Shown: positions 1 to 10,809 of the stretch, one piece after another | Layout: each line of letters begins with the position of its first letter | Position numbering within the stretch: the first letter of the stretch is position 1 | DNA from: Schmidtea nova | Lineage: Eukaryota | NCBI GenBank assembly: GCA_044892505.1 | Contig: CM097883.1 | Coordinates: 164,920,001-164,984,000 of the forward strand | DNA length: 64,000 nt | Reading direction: 5' to 3' | Notes under the pieces: generated by a model | Databases searched by the model: none | What the model saw: the letters and a program-made list of their open reading frames with translations, nothing else | Told to the model about the DNA's origin: nothing | Program-made: the position numbers and the translations under genes

Positions 1-870
1 GACATGGTTTTTTAGCAGGGCAGGTTTGTTTCTCCACTTTCAGGACATGGTCCATTTATTCTCATCGAATGACGCTGAAAAATCGTCATATTCAATTTTT
101 ACTTGATTCTGTTTCACGATCTGCACTGATGAAACAACACATCCACCAAATTGCACTTCTTTATTGGTCCAAACGCCTCCAAGAAGTTCAATTGCATCAA
201 GTTCCAAGACAACGTCAACCCTTGAGCTTGACTATCACCTGCGCCATACCCGACGTTTTTGGGAAATCGCTGGCGCTTCAGTTTCTCTTCTGGCGTTTCC
301 CTGCGATCTTTTTGGACATTGTCTGGACGAGTGCCCTGTGTTCTCGCATGTCCAACATTCTTGCATAGGACATTTGTTCATATAGTGTCCAGGTCTCCCA
401 CAGTCGTAACAGAGTCTACTTTCCATTCTATTATTGTCAGGCAATGTCTTCGACGCGACCAGTCCGGCCGACCCGGAATGTTATGATAACAGAGCACGAG
501 CTTGCTGAACTATTTCTAAGGCTATTTCTAAGAACTATTTCTAAGTGAATTTTTAACGAGGCTCTCATCTATTGGGATACTGGCAATAGCAAACCTGTAA
601 CAAATGGCCTCTTGAGCAGATTATCTTCTTCAATGCCAGTCAGTGTGGCCAATTGCTTTAGATCCGCGAGGAAGACGTCCACCGGCTCCCCGTTCCATGA
701 CCTAGTTCGAAATTTATCATAGGCCTGGAAACCGTCCATTGAAAATGTGTCTAACAGCGTCCTTTCGATTGCATTGCAGCAACGTTAATCTTTTCCCATC
801 AAATGATCGTAGACCAAAAAAGCAGGCCCCTCTAACAACAACGGTAGCACGAGTGATATATCTTCTATTT
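1..870 (-). pseudogene. gag: Ty3/Gypsy-like gag with two CCHC zinc knuckles and start of pol, degenerate, runs off the window start
   Basis: ORF 235-444 has CYDCGRPGHYMNKC and CWTCENTGHSSRQC (two CX2CX4HX4C). The upstream frame reads ..AYDKFRTRSWNGEPVDVFLADLKQLA.. with an internal stop. Downstream FDENKWTMS*KWRNKP resembles Gypsy pol. Confidence 0.8.
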
Positions 871-891
871 TTTGATGGGTAGTGACCAATT

Positions 892-1118
892 TGAATTTAT
901 TCAACCATGTCGAGAATTCACCTATACCATCATCGGGCGTTATAATTTTTTGTAATTTCATTGCCGCGATAGCTCGTGTAATGTTCTTATTTACTTGCTT
1001 CGAATGGTTTTATAGTAAGATACTACAAATATGTACAGGGAGAAGTGTAAGCGCTCGAGAGAGTCTTGCGGTAATTGTGTGCAGACACTCGGGTAGTATG
1101 CTATGTAATGTAACAACA
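892..1118 (-). mobile_element. Putative 5' LTR (~227 bp) of the Gypsy element, followed by a PBS-like TGG
   Basis: On the minus strand it starts TGTTG (1118), contains CTATAAAA and AATAAA, and ends ..TTCA (892), then AAT-TGGTCACTACC just upstream of gag. No second LTR in the window to confirm. Confidence 0.5.
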
Positions 1119-1215
1119 GTAAGTCGAAAACAATAAAATAATATTAAAACGCAATAATTACTATCAATTAAATTAGCATCACAATATATAAGTTTTAAAC
1201 ATAAATATTTTAGTT

Positions 1216-1569
1216 TTTTCTTTTGCCTTGATTCGAACGGGAAGAAATACGGTCGAGTATCAATAGGGAATTTTCTGTATGAAATTCTGAATTTTGCTTT
1301 GTGAAGTTGAATTTATTGGACTAGAGTCGGAGCGGGTTGTTTTCTAGAAGTGGATTTTTCTTTTGCCTTGATTCGAACGGGAAGAAATTCGGTCGAGGAT
1401 CAATAGGGAATTTTCTGTATGAAATTCTGAATTTTGCTTTGTGAAGTTAAATTTATTGGACTAAAGTCGGTAGCGGGTTGTTTTCTAGAAGTGAACTTTT
1501 CTTTTGCCTTGATTCGAACGGGAAGAAATTCGGTCGAGGATCAATAGGGAATTTTCTGTATGAAATTCA
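1216..1569. repeat. Tandem repeat, ~140-bp unit, ~2.5 copies
   Basis: TTTTCTTTTGCCTTGATTCGAACGGGAAGAAAT recurs at 1216, 1356 and 1497. Confidence 0.9.
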
Positions 1570-1987
1570 GACAGACTATTTCCTTTATTTTCCTTTGATG
1601 ATAATAAATTGAGGGGTTTGCTTTTGTTTCTTACTCAAAATTTAGATCGAATGCGAATCAGTTGATCCGAATTTAGATTGCTTGTGGAAGTTTGAGAAGT
1701 TAATATTTTAATTATTTTTAATTTTTTGGTCAATCGATTTTTCGATTTTTTTTAGCTTTAGCTTACTATAGTTTATTACTATCTTTTATTACTTTTTTAT
1801 TTTATTACTTTTATTTAAAATAATTTAAAATGCTGCTAGCCTACTCTTCTTTATTTAAAATAAAAAAGTAACGTTATTCTCTCTATTATGTTTTTTTATG
1901 ACGGAAAAAATTCTTTTTTCAATTGTTCTGTCTTGTATTTTGGTTTACACATCTTATTTTTTGTACGCTCTTTTCTATTTTGCACAA

Positions 1988-2090
1988 TTACCGCATTAAC
2001 GGTAAAATGGTAAATATTTTTTACCGGTAAACGGTAACGTAAAAAATGTGCAATTTACCGGTAAACGGTAAAGGTTTTTACCGGTAGAGG
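1988..2090. repeat. Cluster of ACCGGTAAACGGTA motifs, resembling the subterminal repeats of a hAT-like MITE
   Basis: The motif is repeated in both orientations. No TIR pair or TSD was identified. Confidence 0.35.
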
Positions 2091-2178
2091 ATTTTGATTT
2101 AGAAATAAATAAATATTTACCATAACTTGTCTGTGAAATCACGGGATCTAGCAATTCAACGATTAGTAATATTAATTA

Positions 2179-4039
2179 CTAGCTCTACCCGTTCACGTGT
2201 TGCTGTGTTATGCATCTAATTAAAAATCTGAACAAAAAGGCAGTTTTGTAACATCAAACAAAATTAGAATATTTAAATAATCATTAATTTAAATTCTTTT
2301 TAAACATAATGGGGACTAAAATTGGTGTCAGAAATTAAAGAACTTACCCGATACGCGTGGCCCCTTAAGGGAACCACGCTCTGCTATCAATAGTTTTGAC
2401 AATAGGTCCAGATCTCACAGAATCCATGGTTTCTGATGAGAATTTCAATTCGGACAAGATTTTCAAAAGCATTCGAAACCTATTTTTTTATAATTTACCA
2501 ACTTTAATTTCAAAGAATCAAAATTACATACCCAAAATTAATTTTTTAAAGATTTAAATTGAAAATTAATTGCGAATAATTTCTTCCACTTAGACTAGAA
2601 TTTTCAAAATTTATATCATTGTTACTTCAATATAAATTATATATATTTATTGTAGTGCTTGTAAATATAAAACATTTTTTGTTTTCCTATCTGGTGCAAG
2701 AACAAATAAATTTAATGGTTTTCCAACTCGTGAACACCCAACGTACAGCTGTCCATGTGAAAAGCATGGATTTATCAAATTTAATCCATATATTTGCAAT
2801 GATTGTCCCTGTGCTTTGTTAATTGTCATTGCAAAGTCTAGTCGCAAAGAAAGCTGTAGACATTTGAATTCAAGTGGAGTATCTGTTGGTATTATAGGAA
2901 TGCGTTGTAGTAGTACATGTTGCCCTTGGTGTTTTCAATTTAAAATGGTTGCCTCAATTATGTTATTCATTAATTTTTTTACTGATAGCCTAGTCCCATT
3001 GCATAGTCGCAATGGATTTATATTTCGTAGAAGGATGATTGGAGAACCAATTTTCAAAGATAAAATATGCGGTACTATTCCTGGTAGATCTAATGAATTT
3101 AAAAATTCTATTGGATAATTAACTGATTCATCGTGATTGACAACACTATCTATGGATTTATATGTTGTTTCTTCACCAGGTATTTCATTTTGAGTTATAC
3201 AGTTCTGCGATAAATTTGGAAAAACTGGTAGAGTTTGTCGAAAATCACCAGCTAGCAAAATGAGTGCACCACCAAAGAGCTGCTCATTTCCTCTCAAATC
3301 TTTTAATGTGCGATTGAGTGCTTCCAATGATTTCTTGTGTGCCATGGTGCATTCATCCCATATTATAAGCTGACATGATCTTAGTACTTTTCCTATCCCG
3401 GAATATTTGCTAATATTAATTGTTGGAGTTTCAATTGCCTGCATATTTAATGGAAATTTCAATGCTGAATGTGCTGTTCGACCACCGTCCAAAAGAGTTG
3501 CTGCAATACCAGATGATGATATAGCAAGGGCAATATTATTTTGTGATCTTATAGTTTTGCCAGAATAATTGAAATAAGAAAAGTTTTGCCAGTGCCTCCT
3601 GGTGCATCTAAGAAATATAAACCGTAATTCTTGTTAGATGCTGCATTTATAATTGTGTCATATGCTGTTCGTTGTTCTAATACCAATTTCGGCAGATTAA
3701 TTCGAACAAATGTTTGTAATTCATTAACATCGAAGTGCGTTTCTCGTTGTATATCACGATCGAAAATGTCATTACCAGATCTATTTGGAGCTATCATTCC
3801 CAATCCTGTCAGTGATTTGCTGGCTATCGTCAAACATACATCCTCAATTAAAATCAATGCTTCATTGTATATATTTGCTTTAAATTGAATGTTGGGATTA
3901 GCATTTATTCTACGCATGCGATGTAAAATATCTTCACTCATATAGTCTTAATATTATTCCAAAATATCCTTTGGATTAGCCGGAAAACATGTAGTTAATA
4001 TGATGAAAAATAGTGTACGTATCTGCTGTGGTTGAGCAG
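2179..4039 (-). mobile_element. Helitron 3' part: 3' CTAG terminus and broken PIF1-family helicase
   Basis: Walker [12 protein letters not shown] (3549-3941), IIWDE and LLAGDFRQ (2935-3492), FAMTINKAQGQSL and HGQLYVGCSRV (2647-2847). The minus strand ends ..CACGTGAACGGGTAGAGCTAG|T at 2179. Multiple frameshifts and internal deletions. Confidence 0.92.
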
Positions 4040-4416
4040 TGCTGGTGCGTTGGTTAAATGGACAACTGAGATCCTTTGGATTTTATACGTTAGGGTGATC
4101 TCGTATCCCCGCTGACACCCATGATGTATCCCTAACTACTCATCATGTTGGTGCTGTGTCAACGTTGTGAAATGACAAGGCAGGTGAGCAACCTTGCGGC
4201 TACTATTCCCTTGTTTATTCACGGGTCCACCACTACCGATAGAAGGTTTACGTGGATTTATTTCGGTCCTTTTATGCGCTCCTTTGACTTTTCGCTAATA
4301 ACTTAATTCGGGATACCTTTAGCACAAAAATGAAATGGGTTCGAGTGACATTATTAATGTTTTCTCAGTCATTCTACAGACAATCAAATTAATTTAACTC
4401 ATTTCAAATACATTTA

Positions 4417-4977
4417 TTAATCGCTCAATAACATTGACGGATTGATCACATCTAATAGTTGTTGTTCAGTCAGTCCACTCAGTAAATCGACCTCGCTACC
4501 GAGTCTCTCTGCGTAAGCCCTTTGTTCCCGACGTCTTTTTGCTCCTAGACGGTTTCGGAACTTCGTTCTTTTTGAGCCTTCCAGCGGCGTCAATATTACT
4601 GGGGTGGGCGTCGTAGTATCTTGTTCTGTCTCAGTCTGGGTACTGGTCGTCATGGGTAGGGTTTCGACCCAGCGGTTGAACGTACTCGCCCGGATGAGAG
4701 GGCGTAATTGTTGCGTTATAAATTCCTGAGTAGAGGCTTTTAAGTAGTTATGGAGCTCTAACCTCACCGCTGCGGTCTCCCTGGATTGTTCCTCGGCGAT
4801 ACGCTCCGCTCTATACCTTGCCTGTAGGATAGATTTCACTTGTTCAGGGTTGAACCATGTGGTTTTAACACGTTGATGCACCTCGCCTAATTGGCGTAAT
4901 CGACTCTCCAACACCTTTGCGCGAGCTTTATATTCTTTGGCTTCTTTTCTGAAGTCACGCGGGGTCTTATTATTCAT
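4417..4977 (-). CDS. Family E ORF2: orphan coiled-coil protein with basic C-terminal tail (186 aa, intact)
   Basis: Homologous to ORFs at 11.7, 26.8, 28.0 and 38.0 kb (W/YFxPxxxK..LELxNxxK..FIxxQLxxLIR). Tail RNRLGAKRRREQR. TTTTAG directly precedes the ATG and AATAAA overlaps the stop. Confidence 0.7.
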   Translation of the reverse strand: MNNKTPRDFRKEAKEYKARAKVLESRLRQLGEVHQRVKTTWFNPEQVKSILQARYRAERIAEEQSRETAAVRLELHNYLKASTQEFITQQLRPLIRASTFNRWVETLPMTTSTQTETEQDTTTPTPVILTPLEGSKRTKFRNRLGAKRRREQRAYAERLGSEVDLLSGLTEQQLLDVINPSMLLSD

Positions 4978-5192
4978 CTAAAAATTAAAGAAGGGTTTTA
5001 AATTCGTAGTTTGGATTTGGGTTTGTTACGGGTCGATATTCCCCTTTTATTTCCCTTAGTTGTGGTTCTTGCCATTTCTAACTTTACCCTGCTCTCGTAT
5101 ACACCACTCAGTGTCACTCTTTCCTTTCTCATACATCATTCACACTTGCACGTACATTACGAAACTGATTCATACAACTAAGAGAAATTAGA

Positions 5193-5789
5193 TTATTTAT
5201 TTAGATGAAAATACACATGTTCAGCGCAAGTTCGACAGCTCCATTCATGGTTCTTGCATGAATTCCCTGAGATCCTGGTCGAATTGTCTATCCTCCCGCC
5301 CGGGGGGCTCCAGCATAATTGATCGTCGCATGCGAAGACCTCCCACAGTCTCGCTGGATCTCCGTTGGATTGAGTGTCCATGGCTATATTTCCGGGAGCG
5401 TGTAAGTATGGTTTTCTCTCTCCGGTAGTTCGGTTCCTGGGTTGATCAAGTAGGAGATAACCGAGGCGATAGAAGTCGGTTCCCCGTACGGATGGGTCGC
5501 TGATTATCCATTTTGGTCGCTTCGTCTCATCTTCGAATTGGATGAACCATCGGGACTTTGTTTGTTTCGGACAGGTTACTGGTGCCTGCCATTTCGGGTC
5601 GCCTTCACAGCGTATTCGCCCTCGGAAAGAGGTTATGGCCGCTCGGGCTGCGGGATCCACGTTTCTGCGCATCCATGTCCTGAGGCATCGCTCCGCCGCC
5701 CGTTGGATAGCATTCGGAGGAGGTGTAGCGTCCATGGCTTGCCACTGTTGATTCCGGTTGCCTTGTGAGCGAAGTCTTTGGCATTTCAT
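5193..5789 (-). CDS. Family E1 upstream orphan ORF (198 aa, intact) with Cys/His-rich C-terminus
   Basis: Long open frame in AT-rich DNA. TTCAG-AAA-ATG start context, AATAAA at the stop, C-terminal ..CKNHEWSCRTCAEH. Confidence 0.55.
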   Translation of the reverse strand: MKCQRLRSQGNRNQQWQAMDATPPPNAIQRAAERCLRTWMRRNVDPAARAAITSFRGRIRCEGDPKWQAPVTCPKQTKSRWFIQFEDETKRPKWIISDPSVRGTDFYRLGYLLLDQPRNRTTGERKPYLHAPGNIAMDTQSNGDPARLWEVFACDDQLCWSPPGGRIDNSTRISGNSCKNHEWSCRTCAEHVYFHLNK

Positions 5790-7133
5790 TTTCTGAAGAC
5801 GAAGGGGTAGAGATTTAATTATTAGTTGAAATCGTCAGTCAAGCATGCATTCCTTTATCAGTCTGGCATCATTCGTACATCATACGTAGAAAACATATTC
5901 AACTCACGAATTTATTACTTGATTATTTTCAGACATCCTTGACATTCAAGAAGCGTGATCTGTTTACTATATTCTTGTTACATCGAGTGTGAATTTATGT
6001 CATCATTGGTACGTTGTAGTAGTTGGCGTTCATGTTGCTGATATGGTTACTACCACACGCATTTTATGTTCTGACAATGATCTATCGCCGTGGGCCGATC
6101 GTCATACTGCTTACCACTCAGACTCATTATTATACACATTTTATCGATTATGATTATCGCTGCTACGTGAATGGTTATCTCTGCCATACCTTGAAACCTA
6201 TCTTTTCACCAGGTCGTGTATATCTGATTCAGAATAGTTTAATCATGGTGCCTATTAGGTCAAGAGGTTTCGCTGGTTTATTCTGGAGTGGAACTACTGG
6301 GTATTTGTTGGGTTACCGGGTTTCACTGCCTGTTTCTTTTACTATAACCTCGACTGTAATATGGATAGTCTCTCCCTCTGATCTCGGTTTATATCAAGCA
6401 TAGTCATGGTATATGGTTATCTATATGACTGGGATTGTCCATAGGTCCTTTACACAGTGCACTATGTGCACCCTTCCCCCTCCGCATCAGTTTAATACAT
6501 TACACTCTCGCCGCATCGGCACCTCATATGAGAATATGTTGTGCCGAAAGGCCGAGTATCCTGTCAGATCGTGAGATCTTCGGGACAAAACTTATTGATT
6601 TTTAGATATGAGGATTTAAAAGTATTAAAACAAACATCAACAATACCTTTTATTTCGTTATTGAGTTTCGTCTACAACTTTCAAATTGTCAGTTCACAAG
6701 AAATACTTGGTAAAATGACCGGTGAAAAGGGTGACCAATACTGATTTCGCTTCAGTATTTTTACTAATTTGGTGTTGTTGGTCGGCCAATCAGCATCGAT
6801 TATGTGTGTGTTTATTGCCAATTATTCCTGTTTGTCAATTTTCTCCGTGCAATTCAATTCAGTGAGTTGCTTGTTTATTCATGCGGTAATTTTCTTTTGT
6901 TATGATTTATTTTATTTTAGGTCTTCGGTGATGTCCGCCCACGTGCTGTCATCTTTTCAGATTTATCTGATTCGCATGGGTGAGTTTTTATTGTTATTGC
7001 TGTTTTGATTAATGCTTTATTACTTTTAGATTCTACCGCTTATTGGTAATTTATTTTGTTGTTGGTTTTTGTAGATTTATTTTATTGATTTCTTATTACT
7101 TTTCAGATGATGACTGATTTGCCTGGCCCAACA

Positions 7134-8336
7134 GCAGTATTAGAGATATCAGCGAGTGAAATATCTCAATGAGCATCTTTTTCTAAGAAATTTAATTTCT
7201 GGCAAGCCTCACGAAATGTAATACACACATGGCCTTTGACTGTTTTTAATTCTTGGAAAGATGTTGGTCCACGATCATTGATTAATAATAATCTTAGGTA
7301 AAAGCATTCTGCGTTATCTGGATGTACAGTGAACTGACGACACAATGCATCAGTGGAATATAAATTTAAGTGTTCTTGTACTGCTTTACCGTGTTTACAA
7401 CGCTGAAATTTTCTTGTTGATGCATTCCACGTAAAATAAGTTGGTATTTCAGAGTACAATAGTGTCCTTGCAAAGATATAATTTCTACATAATGTAAAAA
7501 CTTCAGTTAATGTTAGTGGTGGTGACATTGCTCTTGCACGTACATTTTCTGATGTAAAATACACACGCTGTCCATTTTCAAGATGTACTACTAAATGAAC
7601 AACCGTTGGATATCGCTTATGAATGGAAAATGACAAAATACGACATACAACCTCATTGCTACTTATGTATCGTTCCATTTGATATTGGGTGACTTCATCG
7701 TTAGATGCAGTTGTATTTTTCACTCCAAACACTGCCATATCGATTCGTTTGTTCGCATATTTACAAATATATTTTATAGCTTTCATTGAATTGCAGTGTG
7801 CGTTTTATGTTTTTAGTAGTAATGGAAAATATGGTATTACCCAACGATTATCATCATCAATAGTATTGTTGAGTACTTTTAGTTTAATGGATTTTCCACC
7901 ATCTTCGGTAGATCGTCGTCGATAGAGTGGATATTCATCATTGCCTGTAATAGTTTCAGGAAGTAAGTAACCACTTTGTGCACTTTCCATCTGACATGCA
8001 TGGTGAATTATTATTTAGTTAGCCACATGGACCATGAATCATAGTTTTTGAGACAATATCGTGCAAGTCTTTATCAATTTCAATGTCTGGTATTTCTGCA
8101 GAGATGATTTCATCAAATCTGTTTGGTGTTATCATTGCATCTTGTGCATATTCATGCATGTGTCTTGGACTGCCTGTAAATGTGGATGGTAAAATGACCA
8201 TTTTTGCCAATTCACTGAGATTGCCATCATTTACAACTGCATCACGTAAATGGATATACTCTTCAGAACGCAATTTGACTTGATTTAGTTGTATGTAGAG
8301 GAGTCTTTCACTTTCTATTTATGCATGTCAACATTG
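7134..8336 (-). mobile_element. Helitron Rep region (continuation of the 2179-4039 element), internally deleted and 5'-truncated
   Basis: IKYICKY (Rep motif 3 region), RVYFT, ECFYLRLLL, EEYIHLRDA, ILPSTFTGSPRHM. The segment carrying the HUH motif appears missing after QDAM. Truncated at 8337 by a TGTTGGG end. Confidence 0.9.
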
Positions 8337-9740
8337 TGTTGGGCCAACACTGAAAATTGTTTAAATGAAGCAGTAACACTACAATTAGAGAGCGTGCAAG
8401 ATTCTATTTTAACCAAAACATCATTTAAAACTGAAGTGGTTAAGTGAAAACACCTAAATATTAAAGCGAGCAAAGCGCATTAACAAGTAGAGAACGCGCG
8501 AAATTTTAATTTACAGGTCCATAAACCAAAACATCAAGTAAAACAAAAATTGGTTAAAAGAATAAAGTTTAAAAAGCCAGAATAGGCGGAAAACACATTG
8601 AGTTTGCACCTAGAGAACGCATTCGAGTCATAAAACCTCAGTTGTGGAAATTTAGCATGTTTTTAGAAAGAAGATTACGATTTTATATTGAAAATTCATA
8701 AAAATATAAAAGAAAATAATTTTGATCGAAAATGCAACAAATTAAATTAAATTAGAATAAACTTTAATTCAAAAGTAAAATTTTGGATTAAAAAAAATTA
8801 TTTAAAGTTTTATGAGAATTTGATGTAAAATTATTAATTTAATTTTGCGGAAAATTGTTGGAATTAATTTCGAGAAAATTAGAAACTCCTTCTAGAACAA
8901 TTTGTTTTAATACATCAATGAAAATAACACACAGGATGAGGTATATATACCGCCATCAAAATGCCAAGAATCAGAATTTTGCGTACGACTTTATAGAAAT
9001 TGATTTTCTTTATTTTTGAAGACTAGAATTTTGCAATTTTGCAAAAGATTTGAAGACTAGAATTTTGCCAAAAGATTTGAAGACTTGAATTTTGCCAAAG
9101 ATTTGAAGACTTTTCAAGAGATTGAAGAACTAGCAAACTCTGCCGAAGAAGACTAATTTTCCGTGCAACAGTTAGGCCAGAAGACTATTCAGAAAACATC
9201 CTCTTACCAGTTAACGTCCGGAAACCGTATTGTTAGATGAGGGTTTGATTTTTGTTGTTGTTTTATCGTCGTTTTATCGACATGGGAAGCCCAAAAAGTC
9301 ATGCCCTTTAGGCATCCCATGCCGATATCACTCTTATTCGATTTATTTATTTATCTAATTATCTTGTGTATTCATTATTTTGTAGAACGATAAATTTAAG
9401 TGAAAATATCATATTTTACATGTTATATGATTTTTATTTTTATTTTTAGTTTTAATTTTAATATTTTATTATTATTATTTTAACAATGTCACAAATTCCC
9501 TAACGAGAGTAAAATAAATTTTATCCATACAATATTTATTAATTAATAATTTTTTTTTCTCCCAGACCATCTGACATCCGTTCAGGCTTCGTGCCATACG
9601 GATGGAAATAGCCTGGACGGATCGCTGTTCGACTCGTAATTGATCAGCCCATTTTTCCGCCTCAAGGTGACGCCCAAACACCCATGCTCACTTCATCCCA
9701 TCTGGGGAACAGTGGCTTGGCCAAGGGCAAGAATGTTTAT
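8337..9740. mobile_element. Family E-related terminal arm (subfamily B, copy E2)
   Basis: Starts TGTTGGGCC. Colinear with 62597-64000 (GTAGAGAACGCGC, GGTATATATACCGCCATCAAAATG, CTGGGGAA..TGGCCAAG). 8700-8900 also matches 37260-37460. Confidence 0.7.
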
Positions 9741-10623
9741 ACTAATGATTTTAATTATAATATTGTAGTATATCCGAATTATATTATATAAGATAAAAAT
9801 GAAGGCAAAAATGATAATTCGATAAAACATGTCGTTAATTCATCCGACAATCGTCTTTGATCTAACAAAATCGATTTTGATAAAAATTTCACTCTCACAA
9901 CCAATCGTCATCTTATCAAAATCTACTAGTCGAATAAAAGTCGATATTATGAAAATCGTTCAAAATAATGCTCAAACCCGATAAATTAGTTACAGCGAAA
10001 TGAAATATGAGAACAAGTATTGATTTATTTGAATTAAATCTCATTAAGTTCAGAATCATTTATAATAATTTACTCCAGTGAACATTAATTTCGGGAACAT
10101 ATGGTTCTCGAGTTGAGTGTCTCGAAAAATTCGCGCGCTTTGCTCGGTAAGTTCACGTTCGAACGAAATTAAAATTCACCGCCTTTGATATGGAAAAATA
10201 CTATGATCGAATCGATTTTGAAGGATAATAAATAAAAATCTGAAATCTGAAATTGCTACAATTTTGTAAAATTTTTGTTCAATAGATTATAATTTCAGAA
10301 TTTTATTAGAAAATTTAGTACCATCGTATATAATTTGGATTTATTTTATTTCGTTTTAAATTTTTTTCAATTATTTAATATTTTGTAAAATTCAGAATTA
10401 TATAAAACTTCAAATTCGACTGTATAAAAATATCTTATGATCTACCTCGAAAATAATAAAATCGAAAAATTCGACCATTGTGCTAAATTATAAAATTCGG
10501 AATTTGTTCATTTTAGGAAAATTTTAAATATTAAAGTAGAATTATTATTTTATCTAACCATAAAAAACCTATTTATAAAATAATATCATAATTATCTTTT
10601 TTCACCTTTGATCTTTTTTTATT

Positions 10624-10809
10624 ATTATTATCAATAATTCTCATAATGACTATAGATCAAAATTTTTTTTTTATAAACAATAACACAATATTTCGGCACA
10701 GCCTTTATCAAGTGTGTATTTCTTGATAAAGGCTGTGCCGAAATATTGTGTTATTGTTTATAAAAAAAAATTTTGATCTATAGTCATTATGAGAATTATT
10801 GATAATAAT
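10624..10809. repeat. Near-perfect palindrome, ~89-bp arms and 9-nt loop
   Basis: ..CGGCACAGCCTTTATCAAG-tgtgtattt-CTTGATAAAGGCTGTGCCG..; only a 1-nt homopolymer difference between arms. Confidence 0.95.

Larger units (their letters stand above)
4040..7133 (-). mobile_element. Family E copy E1: complete 3.1-kb TG..CA-bounded insertion inside the Helitron ORF, 4-bp TSD GCAG
   Basis: Left junction gttga-GCAG-TGCTGG, right junction CCCAACA-GCAG-tattag. Removing the insert restores the Helitron frame DISNTAQPQQIR. Confidence 0.85.

Noticed and set aside
2619-3888. Plus-strand ORFs 2619-2822, 2816-3118 and 3631-3888 (also 7689, 8083, 23490, 36541)
   Set aside because: Antisense shadows of Helitron or hAT coding sequence.
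4035-7138. 6-bp direct repeat AGCAGT read as a Polinton/Maverick TSD
   Set aside because: There are no long TIRs or AG..CT ends. The same junction is explained by TG..CA termini plus a 4-bp GCAG TSD, consistent with the other family ends.
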